Part shown: positions 1 through 10,000 of the stretch, piece after piece
How positions within the stretch are numbered: the stretch's first letter is position 1
Layout: each line of letters starts with the position of its first letter
NCBI GenBank assembly: GCA_943788295.1
Contig: CALSPS010000002.1
Coordinates: forward strand, 44,442-108,441
Reading direction: 5' to 3'
Source: Candidatus Poseidoniaceae archaeon
GTDB taxonomy: Archaea; Thermoplasmatota; Poseidoniia; Poseidoniales; Poseidoniaceae
DNA: 64,000 nt
Made by a program: the position numbers and the translations under genes
Notes under the pieces: model-generated
What the model saw: only the letters and a program-made list of their open reading frames with translations
Told to the model about the DNA's origin: nothing
Databases searched by the model: none

Positions 1-36
1 AACGGAGTCGAGGCAGCGTTTAGCGAACATCGATTC

Positions 37-1875
37 ATGCTCGTGGTTGACGATGTATCCTTGGGCTCTCAAGTGAGCATCGACCTTTCTGATGGAGAAG
101 TACCGGTTGATTTCATCGGCCTTGATGACGGTGCGCTGTTGTTCACCACCGTCGATGGCGAACTCCACGCCAGAAGCATCACTTCCTCAATGTCAATTCA
201 AACAGACATCTTGCTCGAAGACATGTGGGGCGGCGAACTTGCTGTGCTCGAGCGAGAAGATGGAGCGATTCATGCGGCATGGACGCGCAAGAGCGTGAGT
301 GCGGATGGATACACCCTGACCAACATCGGAATGACCTCTCTTTCAAAGGTCGAAATGATCACACCCGTCCACTACCAAATGCCGGCAGTCAAACTGTCTG
401 AAGGCGCTTATTGGGGCCTTGCCCTGACTGAATACGACGATACGGTTGTGCTTGCTGGATACCACCGCGACATAGCAACAGGTGGTTCTTGGCAGGACGT
501 AACTTCGATTTTCACACTCGTTTCGATGAATCCGGATAGCCCTACGAGTTGGGGCAGTCCAATCAATGTCCTTTCCAACATCGACATTCGTCAATCGAAG
601 GGTGACCCACTTGCTGTTTCGTACGGTGCCGAAAATCTGCACATCTTGTACCAAGAAATGCGAAACGATGTGACCGGAATCGACCGTGTGGGCTTGATGT
701 ACACCCATGGGGAGCCAACGATTTCCGCTTGGAATTTCCAATCCTCCATTGGAGACGATACCTCTGGCGCCAAATTGATTGTGACACAACTGGAGAACGA
801 TGACGTGCTCACTGCCGCTTGGATTGAAGGACGGGGGCGAGATGCTCAAGTTGCCTATGCTGTGACCGACAACGCTTGGAGCATCGATGATGCTTCAAGA
901 ATCGGAGCACCAGGTGTCATGAATCTTGAATTGCATGAAGCACCACAAGGCATCCAGATCATGTACGACGAAATCAACACCTACGGGCCAACAACGAGGT
1001 ACGGTTTGCTCACTGACTCGGATCAGCAGCCAGTTTCAGGTATGTCTGCCCTTATGGCACAGGGCTTCCTTGAAGGCTTTGCAGGCATGGAATACGATGG
1101 TATTGTGATGCTCTCGACAGCTTCAGGTTCGCTCAAACTACGAACGCTTGCCTCCTTGTCTGCAGCCGATAATCCAATTGTCGAAGATCGTTCATTCATC
1201 GATGCCTTGCTTGCTCCACTGCCAGGTTCTCAGCAGATGAAAATCACCATTTTGTCAGTGGTAGGCCTCACTATGGTTGTGTTCCTCACTGCCGTTGTGG
1301 TGTCAATTCGAAAAGGAAGAAAGGAAGAACAAAAAGCGTTGGTTGCTACTGCAATTGTTGGCGAAACAGATGAAGGAATTGAATTGATGATTCAACCTGA
1401 AGACGACCAAGGACCACTTCTAGCCATCGACACCGAACAAGACGACTTGGTCGTGACTGAATCATCGCCTGTTGCGGTGATGGAAGAAGATGAGCCAAGC
1501 CTTGCTGATAGCCTCGAAGCCAAAGCAGAATCTGGAGAAGGCAACGCCCGCCTCAACAGGCGAATGAAGCGAAAGCAACAACGGGAGTTCGCAGAAATCA
1601 CAGAGAAAATCCAATCTGCACCAGCACCTGTTGTGGAATCACCACTCCCTCCACCTTCAGAATTGCCCGCACTCCCAGCACCTGGAGCACTCCCGCCACT
1701 CCCACTTCCAGGGCCCGGCGGTCTTCCCCCATTGGATGGTTTGCCTCCACTACCGGGGATCGCCCCACCTCAGCGTGATGTGGTTTGCCCTGATTGCAAC
1801 GCGAAGTTTGTTGTGAAAGACATGACGTTGAGAAAGGTAGCCTGCCCGATTTGTTCGAGCACGGTCTCTTGCTGA
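37..1875 (+). CDS. Type-I membrane protein with an extracellular repeat domain, one TM helix, a charged linker, a PPLP-rich tract and a C-terminal MJ0042-like zinc ribbon. The 5' end may lie upstream of the window.
   Basis: 612-aa ORF. Hydrophobic segment [22 protein letters not shown] is followed by RKGRKEEQK. The tail reads [39 protein letters not shown], then CPDCNAKF..(12)..CPICSS. The frame has no stop between base 1 and the ATG at 37. Confidence 0.6.
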   Translation: MLVVDDVSLGSQVSIDLSDGEVPVDFIGLDDGALLFTTVDGELHARSITSSMSIQTDILLEDMWGGELAVLEREDGAIHAAWTRKSVSADGYTLTNIGMTSLSKVEMITPVHYQMPAVKLSEGAYWGLALTEYDDTVVLAGYHRDIATGGSWQDVTSIFTLVSMNPDSPTSWGSPINVLSNIDIRQSKGDPLAVSYGAENLHILYQEMRNDVTGIDRVGLMYTHGEPTISAWNFQSSIGDDTSGAKLIVTQLENDDVLTAAWIEGRGRDAQVAYAVTDNAWSIDDASRIGAPGVMNLELHEAPQGIQIMYDEINTYGPTTRYGLLTDSDQQPVSGMSALMAQGFLEGFAGMEYDGIVMLSTASGSLKLRTLASLSAADNPIVEDRSFIDALLAPLPGSQQMKITILSVVGLTMVVFLTAVVVSIRKGRKEEQKALVATAIVGETDEGIELMIQPEDDQGPLLAIDTEQDDLVVTESSPVAVMEEDEPSLADSLEAKAESGEGNARLNRRMKRKQQREFAEITEKIQSAPAPVVESPLPPPSELPALPAPGALPPLPLPGPGGLPPLDGLPPLPGIAPPQRDVVCPDCNAKFVVKDMTLRKVACPICSSTVSC

Positions 1876-1885
1876 GGGTGATATC

Positions 1886-3707
1886 ATGTGTGGAATTTTT
1901 GGTTATATTGGCCCACATCAAGCGGCACCATTGCTCTTAGAAGGGCTACGCCGTCTGGAATATCGTGGTTATGATTCAACGGGGATTGCCGTCAAAAATG
2001 GGACCATCAACGTTCACAAGAAGGTCGGAAAGGTCCAAGACTTACGTACGGTTTTACCACCCAGCATCCCAGGAACAATCGGGCATCGCCCACACCCGAT
2101 GGGCCACACATGGGGGCGTGACCGATGAGAACGCACATCCACATGAGTCTGCGGAAGGAAAGGTCGTGATTGTCCACAACGGGATCATCGAGAATGCTCG
2201 AATGTTGAGAACATCCCTCTCCGTGCAGGGTGTAGCCTTGTCAAGTGAGACGGATTCTGAAGCCCTTGCACACATCATTGAGCGCGAACTTTCGGTCGAC
2301 AATAACCCCGAAGAAGCAGTCCGACGTGCACTGCGCCAAGCGCGTGGAACATGGGGTATTTGTGCTCTCTTCAAAGATCATGATACCATTGTTTGCGCAC
2401 GCAATGGCTCCCCTTTGATCATTGGCCAAGGTGTGGATGAAATGTTCATTTCAAGCGATCCACATGCGCTCACAGCTCACACCCAACAGGTGATTTACCT
2501 CGAAGATGGTGACCTTGCTACCTTGACCGCAACTTCGGTCAAATTGTCCACCCTAAAAGGCGGAAAAAGCCAGACAAAGAGCAGCATTCTTGAATCAGAA
2601 TGGGGTGAGTCCGAACTCGGTGAATTCCCGCATTTCATGCTCAAAGAGATCTATGAACAGCCAGACGCCATACGCCATTGCATCAGCGGTCGCTTAGACC
2701 GTGCGGGCGGCAGCGGGAGGCTTGGAGGGTTGAAACTCAATCCCTCAGATTTGGCAAAAGTCCCGCATGTGCGCCTGCTTGGTTGTGGGACATCGTACAA
2801 CGCTGCAGAAATTGGCCAATTGCTGATCGAGAAATTGGCTCGTATTCCAGCCATGGCTCACATTTCAAGTGAATTTAGGCACAACGACCCCGTGATCAAC
2901 CCAAGCGCCCTTCACTTTGCAGTCACGCAATCGGGTGAAACAGCGGACACACTTTCCGCCATCAAAGAAATCCAACTCAAAGGAGGTAATGTGCACGGTG
3001 TTGTCAACGTCGTAGGCTCCTCCATCGCACGGCTCTGCGGTCAAGGTGTCTACATCCACTCCGGGCCTGAGCAAGCCGTTGCTTCTACCAAGGCATTCTC
3101 GAATATGGTTGCGGCTTTGTCTATGTTCGCTCTTCAGGTTGGCCGTTCGCGCAACATCAGCAAAGAGCGAGGTGTTGAATTGATTCATGGTCTTCAACAA
3201 GTGCCACACTTGGTCGAGGAATACCTTGCCAATCAAGGACCAATTCAAGAAGCAGTTGACCTCGTCAAAGACGCAAAGAGTGTCCTGTTCCTTGGCCGGG
3301 GGATTTCAGCCCCCGTTGCTCAAGAAGGTGCTTTGAAATTGATGGAAATCGCCTACATCCCTTGTTTAGCTTATCCAGCGGGAGAAATGAAACACGGCCC
3401 GATTGCTTTGTTAGAAGAGGGCAGCCCAGTCATTTTCGTCGCTCCAAATGACCACGTGAAAGCAAAGACTGTATCTGCAATTCACGAATGTCGAGCGCGT
3501 GGTGCAAAGATCATTCTCATTCACGAAGAAGGAGATGAGATCGCTCAGGAAGGCGATGTTTGTATCTCGGTTCCACCGGTACACAACCTTGTTTCGCCTC
3601 TGTTGACCGTTGTTCCTTTGCAGTTGATCGCTTATCATACAGCGCTCGCCCTAGGTTGCGATGTCGACCGGCCAAGAAATTTGGCGAAGTCCGTCACTGT
3701 TGAATGA
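1886..3707 (+). pseudogene. glmS: Glutamine--fructose-6-phosphate aminotransferase (GlmS), split by a 1-nt frameshift near 2081-2083. This could be a real pseudogene or an assembly error.
   Basis: MCGIFGYIG...RGYDSTG is in the frame of 1886 and stops at 2128. [11 protein letters not shown], two SIS domains and the C-terminal RPRNLAKSVTVE are in the frame of 1965..3707. A GAGGGTGA Shine-Dalgarno-like site precedes the ATG at 1886. Confidence 0.85.
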
Positions 3708-3712
3708 AGCGT

Positions 3713-4501
3713 TCACAGAATAGTGAAGCGTTGTTCGTTCTCCTTCCAGTTGAAGGGTTTGTAACCTAAGCTGTGCCGCGTGTGGCGCATCTTGACAATG
3801 CCCAGTTTCCTCTTGACATCGTCACCAGAACGCTCCATCACAAGATGCAATACGCCGTCTGAAAGATAATCTTCTACACCATACTCACCGAATTGCTTGT
3901 GGTCTTCTCCAGTCATTTCACAGATGAAGAATGATGTCAAGCCGAGCCTTCGTACTGCTTCGAAAAGACGGAAAATTTCGTCACGAGGATTTTCCATTTT
4001 TGTGAGGGTGAAGAACGCCCCGAGTGAATCGAAAACGAGAAGTTCGAAACCAATCGCTTCTCGATACGATGTCAGTTGCTTGATGAGTTGGCCCATCCAA
4101 TCGACACGATCGCTCATCCCTTGCTTGTCGAGTTCAACACGCAAGTCGGAAAGATCGATGATTGCGATTCGGTTTCGAACTCGAGCATCATCCACGTTCA
4201 TGCCCATGTTGGCCATGTGGGAACGCAGCGAATCCTTGCCTTGTTCGAGGGTGACGTAGATTCCACTTGTTTCACCGTAAAGCACTGCGTTGTAGAGCAT
4301 AGAGAAAGTCAAACTCGACTTCATTGCACCTGACGCACCAGCCACAATACAAATGTGGCCTTGAGGGACGCCACCTTGCATATTTTCATCCAATCCTTCA
4401 ATGTGGGTAGGGATTCTTTCAACGTCGCTCATGCCGGCACCGTTTGCTGGAAGACGGGTCGATTCTTCAACCTCTCCCTCAAAACGGTTCACTTCAATCA
4501 T
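3713..4501 (-). CDS. Single-domain KaiC/RecA-superfamily ATPase (COG0467-like).
   Basis: IEGLDENMQGGVPQGHICIVAGASGAMKSS (Walker A), LLVFDSL (Walker B-like) and a KaiC-type C-terminal KMRHTRH motif. ATG at 4501; the alternative ATG at 4432 (MSDVERIP) is equally plausible. Confidence 0.75.
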   Translation of the reverse strand: MIEVNRFEGEVEESTRLPANGAGMSDVERIPTHIEGLDENMQGGVPQGHICIVAGASGAMKSSLTFSMLYNAVLYGETSGIYVTLEQGKDSLRSHMANMGMNVDDARVRNRIAIIDLSDLRVELDKQGMSDRVDWMGQLIKQLTSYREAIGFELLVFDSLGAFFTLTKMENPRDEIFRLFEAVRRLGLTSFFICEMTGEDHKQFGEYGVEDYLSDGVLHLVMERSGDDVKRKLGIVKMRHTRHSLGYKPFNWKENEQRFTIL

Positions 4502-4555
4502 GGCTTGAGCATGGAAAGTGTAAATGAGATAGGTCGCTTCGTGAAGTTGAATCAG

Positions 4556-5122
4556 ATGGTCTCATTTTGGCTAGCATCCCAGTCCCTGCGTCGGGCAAGC
4601 ATGGTCGAAGGACTGTTTTCCTCGGTTCGATGTGAGGGGATTGATGGGGTGGATGAAACGCCAACGGTGCGAGGTTCAATTGCTGACCAAGTCACTTCCA
4701 TCTGCAAACAAAAAGCCGCTGCTGTACCCCAAAATCACGGGTATGACGTGGTGATGGTCTGCGACACCGTTCTCGCAGATCCTGACGAGGTGGATGGCTT
4801 ACTCGGAAAACCGCGCGACGCTATCCATGCTGCAACAATGCTCCATCGATTGTCTGGACGGAGGCATCAAGTTTGGTCTGCTGCAGGTATCTTGTTGCAT
4901 GGCCAATGGCAATTTTTTGTCGAACATGCTGTTGTTGAAATCGAAGCATTGAGCGATGAGGCGCTTGTTGAACTTGTGATGAATGAGTCTTGGAAAGGAA
5001 AAGCAGGTGGCTATGACCTCGCTGGTCCAATGGGAGCGTATGCATCATTGATTGATGGGTCGGAATCGACAGTGCTCGGTATCCCGCAATCCGCTTTGGA
5101 TGCGCTTGAATTATTCCAGTGA
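4556..5122 (+). CDS. maf: Maf-like nucleoside triphosphate pyrophosphatase.
   Basis: LASQSLRR (canonical LASxSPRR), DTVL..DG...GKP and KGKAGGYDLAG...I.GS...V.G.P. The ORF-track start at 4355 overlaps the divergent KaiC-like gene. ATG 4556 (or 4511) matches family length. Confidence 0.75.
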   Translation: MVSFWLASQSLRRASMVEGLFSSVRCEGIDGVDETPTVRGSIADQVTSICKQKAAAVPQNHGYDVVMVCDTVLADPDEVDGLLGKPRDAIHAATMLHRLSGRRHQVWSAAGILLHGQWQFFVEHAVVEIEALSDEALVELVMNESWKGKAGGYDLAGPMGAYASLIDGSESTVLGIPQSALDALELFQ

Positions 5123-6433
5123 CTTGTTTTGGATGTATCTGCCATAGAACATCGGTATTCTGTGCCAGGTGTCCAAACTCAGCATGGTTCTGCGCAAGAA
5201 ATCCACCGTTAGGAGGATGGATCCAATGACGATTGATGCAACCCAAATGGTTTGTTCCGTGTTGGTTGGCCCCAAGTCCAACCAATTTTTGATGAACAAA
5301 ATTTGAATGGAAACAAATCCGGTCAAGAAAAACATCAAGAAAAGCGGGTTTGAACTCCGTTTGTGGATGTTGATGTGCAGGTGGTCCTCATGCAGGTACA
5401 TGGAATACCCCCAAACAGCCAGAAGGGCTGATGTGCTGAGAAAGGTAGCATATCCGGGTGTTCCAGGTCTGTCGATGTACTGTGAAGAATTGAATGCGTG
5501 GAATGAGCAAAACGGTAGCATCCAGAGGGCAGCAAAGACCAATCGATTGTGCCCCATCCCGCCGTTGAACAATGCCTTCTTTGCCACCGCGAGGGGGTTG
5601 CATAGAATGAACGCCCATAGGAGGGTTAATCCGAGTGAATAATCGCTCATCTGAGCCAGTAAAGTGTGTGTGTCTGAACCCTCACGTCCCGTAAGGAATG
5701 AGAAGAGGATATGTGTGCAGAGGAAGACTGCAAAGACGGTCAATCGAGTTTGTAATTTTTCAGGAGGGATGATGTTCCAATTCAATCGACGATTGAAATG
5801 ACTCACGATAATGACAACGGTAACCAGGATGTAAAGCGCGACCATGACCGATCGCCCAAGTTCGAGCATCCCGGGAGTGTCTCTTAACAACCAGCAGAAG
5901 ATGATGGTGGTAGCAAAAAAAGGAAACACCGCTCCCGGGAGCAATGACATGACACCAACTTCGTCCCTTTCTTTCGACATTTTAGATTCGGAGGCGAGGC
6001 GCCTTCCCGGCAGGCCAAGCAAAAGCACGCCTAAAGAAAGCAAGACAATGCCCACAGTTGAAAATTCATCAATCATCTCTCGTGTGGACATGAATGTGGA
6101 CAGGGTGAGGAAAAATTGTCCACTGATGTTGAGGATGATAAATTGCCTCATTGTGGATTCATGGAAGGGGGCAGCACCATGAATAAGCGGTAAGACATCA
6201 AACCCAATTCCCGCAATTAAAGCCATGAGCCAACCCAAGGTTACCCATGCCATAATGATGTAAATTATTGTGGTGTAATCAGCAGACAGGATCTCATAAT
6301 ATGCTGATTTAGTGGCATAATGGTACGCCATTGCAGCAATGAAAATGACCGTTGTGATGCCTGATGCAAAAAATAATGCAAGATAGGACCCCGTAGAGGT
6401 AGTCCTAAAACTCGCAAATTTGCTCATGGCCAT
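5111..6433 (-). CDS. Polytopic integral membrane protein (about 12 hydrophobic segments), function unknown.
   Basis: 440 aa from ATG 6433 (MAMSKFASF...), almost entirely hydrophobic helices. The longer ORF start at 6517 would overlap the upstream SepF-like gene by 47 nt. Confidence 0.6.
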   Translation of the reverse strand: MAMSKFASFRTTSTGSYLALFFASGITTVIFIAAMAYHYATKSAYYEILSADYTTIIYIIMAWVTLGWLMALIAGIGFDVLPLIHGAAPFHESTMRQFIILNISGQFFLTLSTFMSTREMIDEFSTVGIVLLSLGVLLLGLPGRRLASESKMSKERDEVGVMSLLPGAVFPFFATTIIFCWLLRDTPGMLELGRSVMVALYILVTVVIIVSHFNRRLNWNIIPPEKLQTRLTVFAVFLCTHILFSFLTGREGSDTHTLLAQMSDYSLGLTLLWAFILCNPLAVAKKALFNGGMGHNRLVFAALWMLPFCSFHAFNSSQYIDRPGTPGYATFLSTSALLAVWGYSMYLHEDHLHINIHKRSSNPLFLMFFLTGFVSIQILFIKNWLDLGPTNTEQTIWVASIVIGSILLTVDFLRRTMLSLDTWHRIPMFYGRYIQNKSLE

Positions 6434-6470
6434 CACTAAAGCCCAAAGCGTATAAGTTCGTTGCCGATGA

Positions 6471-7043
6471 TTACGGGTTAAGCAAAGCGCCCAGTCCGAG
6501 TTCGTGGCTTTGTACATCGACCACTACATCGTTTCCGGGCATTAACAGCAGTTTGTCTTCTGCATCAAGAGCAAACACGCCAACACCAACTTCGTCACTC
6601 ATCTGTTTCAATTCCCTTCGGCAGACGTTTTGGTGCGTATCCATGTGGACAAGGGGTCGAAGATCAACAATCACCGTATCGCCTTGGTTGATGCGTTTTG
6701 CGATTCCCCGTGTGGGAATGCGGTTCATCACATCGGGGGCGACATAACGCAAAGCTCTGTTTGGAATGACAGGTGTGGCTTTGTGCAACGCACCTAAGTC
6801 ATGAAATGGTTCGCCATCTGAAGTGACGGGTCCTTGCCATCCAAGTGGAATTTCTTTACGCGTCGGTTGGACACCGACTGGCTCTGGAATCAAAGCGGGG
6901 GCTTGAGGCTCTTCAATCGGCTTTGGGGTGATTTGCTGCTGGGTGGCCAGGGGCCTCACTGCGGGCTGTTGAACCTCATTCCGATTTGCATTCTGTCCTG
7001 CTTCGGGATCTGGTAGACCAAAAAATTGCCAAAGACTTGCCAT
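6471..7043 (-). CDS. sepF: SepF-like cell-division protein (FtsZ membrane anchor).
   Basis: N-terminal amphipathic MASLWQFFGL, a Pro/Gln-rich linker, then a C-terminal domain INQGDTVIVDLRPL...CRRELKQMSDEVGVGVFALDAEDKLLLMPGNDV. This resembles the DUF552/SepF core (g..vivnL..l....a.R..Dfl.G.....G....i...v.l..P). Confidence 0.5.
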   Translation of the reverse strand: MASLWQFFGLPDPEAGQNANRNEVQQPAVRPLATQQQITPKPIEEPQAPALIPEPVGVQPTRKEIPLGWQGPVTSDGEPFHDLGALHKATPVIPNRALRYVAPDVMNRIPTRGIAKRINQGDTVIVDLRPLVHMDTHQNVCRRELKQMSDEVGVGVFALDAEDKLLLMPGNDVVVDVQSHELGLGALLNP

Positions 7044-7054
7044 ACACTCACCGC

Positions 7055-10000
7055 TTACAAATCAAGATCATCAAGCAATCCGGAGATGTTTGATGGTTGA
7101 GATGCCGGTGTGGTATCAGTAGTTACCGGTTGAATTGCAGCCGGTTGGCCCTGTTGGGCAGACAAGTATTGAGCGCCATAGTGGCTCCATTGTTCCATTG
7201 ACCATCCTTCGGGGAGTCCAGTTGCAGGCAATGGCGGCCCGGTTTGCACAGGTGCAGGAGCAAGAGCGGCAGGTGCTGGCGTTGGGTCCACCAAAGCAGC
7301 GAATGGATCTTCCTTTGATGCTGGTGCGGGTGTGTAAGTTTGAGCGGGAGCAAACGCCTGTTCTTGGGTTGCAGCTGGCGGTGCATAGGCGGCCTGTGCA
7401 TAGATGTCTTGTTGAGGCGCAGGAGCTGCGTAGTCCATTGGTTGGGTAACAGTTGCGTTGATGGCAGGTGCAGGTGGTTCACCAGCAGGCATGCTTGCGA
7501 AATTGGAGAAATTATCCATTTCAGAATTGTTTTTCCTTCGTGTCAGCAGAAGGAATCCGGCGAGCAGGACAACAATGATTCCAAGCGCACCAATGATTGC
7601 GGTAGGTACGGTTCCAATTGTATTGCTCACAGATTCGATCCAATTGTCAGGTGGGCGCTCAGTGACCGTAAGTTGAATCGTATCGGTGGAGGATTCACCA
7701 TCATCGTCGATCACTGTGAGTTGCACGGTCCATTGACCGGCAGGGAGATCCTCAATGGTGTACATTGGTCCCGTGAAATCAACATCTCCAGTTTTCACTC
7801 CGTCCAAATCCCCGTCAATGTGGTCGCTGTCCCATTGGTAGGTGAGGGTTAATTTGTCGCCCTCGGTTTCACGAGAAGTCATTCCCGAGAGGGTGATGTT
7901 TTCCCCCTCCATGAGCGAAATGACGCTCGTGGAATTGGTAATGGTGGCCGAAGGTGGCAGATTAAGCACGCTGACATTGACCGATGCCAGTGCTTGAGCA
8001 CCATCGTCATCAGTCACGGTTGCCGTGATTTGGCGAACCCCTCGTGTTGTCCAAGCCGCAGTAATATCGATTCCAGTTTGGTCACAGTCGTTGACAGGGT
8101 TTCCGTCGCTGTTGCTGTCAACTGCTGCGTCCATATCCCAGCACACCACAAGCGTCTGTAGATCTGATGCGGTGTCATCAACGATGGCGGTGAACGATAC
8201 ATTTGCGTCTTCAAACACAGGAACATCCGAACCCAAGCCAGTGATGGTTGGTGGGACGTTTAGAATGTTGACTTTGGCCGTTTGGATCATCGACTGAGCA
8301 CCGTCGTCATCGTAGGCGACCACTGAGATGTTGTGCAGGCCCGAAGCGGACCAGGACACGGTTGCGGTTGACGCAGGTCCCCGAGTGGTTTCTGTCCAGT
8401 TCGCTTCTCTGTCGGATGGTGTCCACTCGACATTGATGTCGTCTCGGTCGGACAACGTGTCGTCGGCACCGATGCGCAAGAGCGCAACTTGGTCTTCATC
8501 TAAAGTCCAAACGCCATCGATTGCGGTCAAGTTAGAGCCGCCGTACCAGAGTTCTGGGTTGGCAAGGGTCGGAGCAACGTTGAGCACATCAAGCGGTGCT
8601 TCAATCGTCGTGGTGGCTCCGTCATCGTCCGTCGCAACGGCAGTGACCATCATCACGCCTTCTGCCATTGGGGTGAAGGTGCACGTGGGTTGAGTCAATC
8701 CTTCTTCACATGCCATTCCCGGCCATGAAATGCTGACTTGCTGTCCTGAAGGTGAAATGGTATCGGTATCGCCGCTGTCCGTTGCATCGATAGTAATCGA
8801 AGTTTCCACATCGATGCTTGGCACCAGTGACAAGTTGAGGTATGGATCCCGGTTGAGAACAGTGACGTTGAGCATCATGATGTCCGTATCGAGTTCTTCA
8901 TCAGTAACGATGAGTTTGACCGCCCATTCGCCATCGTCGGTCCAGTTCCATTGAGTCCAACAGTCGGGTGCTTCGATGACATCGATTAAACCCGGGCGTG
9001 ATTCGATTTCAAACACACAGTCGACATCCCCGCCGTCTTCGTCAAAGCTTGCCGTGGCATTGAGTGTGATGTTTTCAAAGGTGAGTTTGTTGTCGCCAAT
9101 ATCGACCATTGCGGTCGGCGCTCGGCCAATAAAGAGGTTGATTTGAGCATCGTTGTTGCTCCTGTTTGCATCCTCAGTGACCGCTTCATCAGGGTCAACG
9201 GTAAACGATAGCGTCTGATTGCCTATTGCAGAGTTCGCTGGGACAGTCCAATTGACGCTAATCCTTGCTTCACTGTATGATGGAATTGCAGGGATGTCCT
9301 CTCGAATGGTCGTGCCGTCTGGTGTCGTGACTTCCATTTGAGTCGCTGGAGAGGTCAGAACCCCTCGGTTTTGAGCGGGGATCGAGAACCCAATCAAATC
9401 TCCTGGTAGAGCGCCGTAACCAGTGACCCGGCTCAGGATTGAAGTCTCTCCGTCGCGGGTCCGGCTGACGATGATTGAATCAGCTTGTGCTACCAAATCA
9501 ACGCCAACGACTGACAAGTCGACGACGACTGTGGTCGCCCCGATGATTTCTGTGGCAGGATCCCAAACGATGACACCGTTGCTGGTGAAGTCATCGCTGG
9601 AAGGTGTGGTATCCACTTGGCTGGAGACATTCAATTGGTAGGTGATTTCTCCGCTGCCATCGGTGGTTGGGCTTGCTAAATCATTGTTGATTTCATACCT
9701 AACTTGCAAATTCTTGTTGGCTTGAGGTGTAGCGCTTGGTGAGGTCAAATAACTTGCAGTCAGCGTTTGCTCAGTGTCTGGGAGGGTTGCCAATAATTGC
9801 AAATCGACATCAATCTCGACGTTGCGGGTTCCGGGTGTTGAGCTTGCCGAAACGCCGTAGGAGTCCGTTGGATTGTATTCCTTGAGCAACCAGTCGATGG
9901 TGAATCCAGCCGCATTGGTGACAGAGATCCACGAATTGTATCTGACCGCAGGGCAGTACCAATTGTAGCCTTGTGAGACTCCCGTTTCGTTCACTTCATT

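Noticed and set aside
2078-2090. Possibility that the glmS frame change is programmed ribosomal frameshifting.
   Set aside because: There is no slippery heptamer, no downstream structure that I could see, and no precedent for recoding in glmS. A homopolymer indel (GGG) is the simpler explanation.
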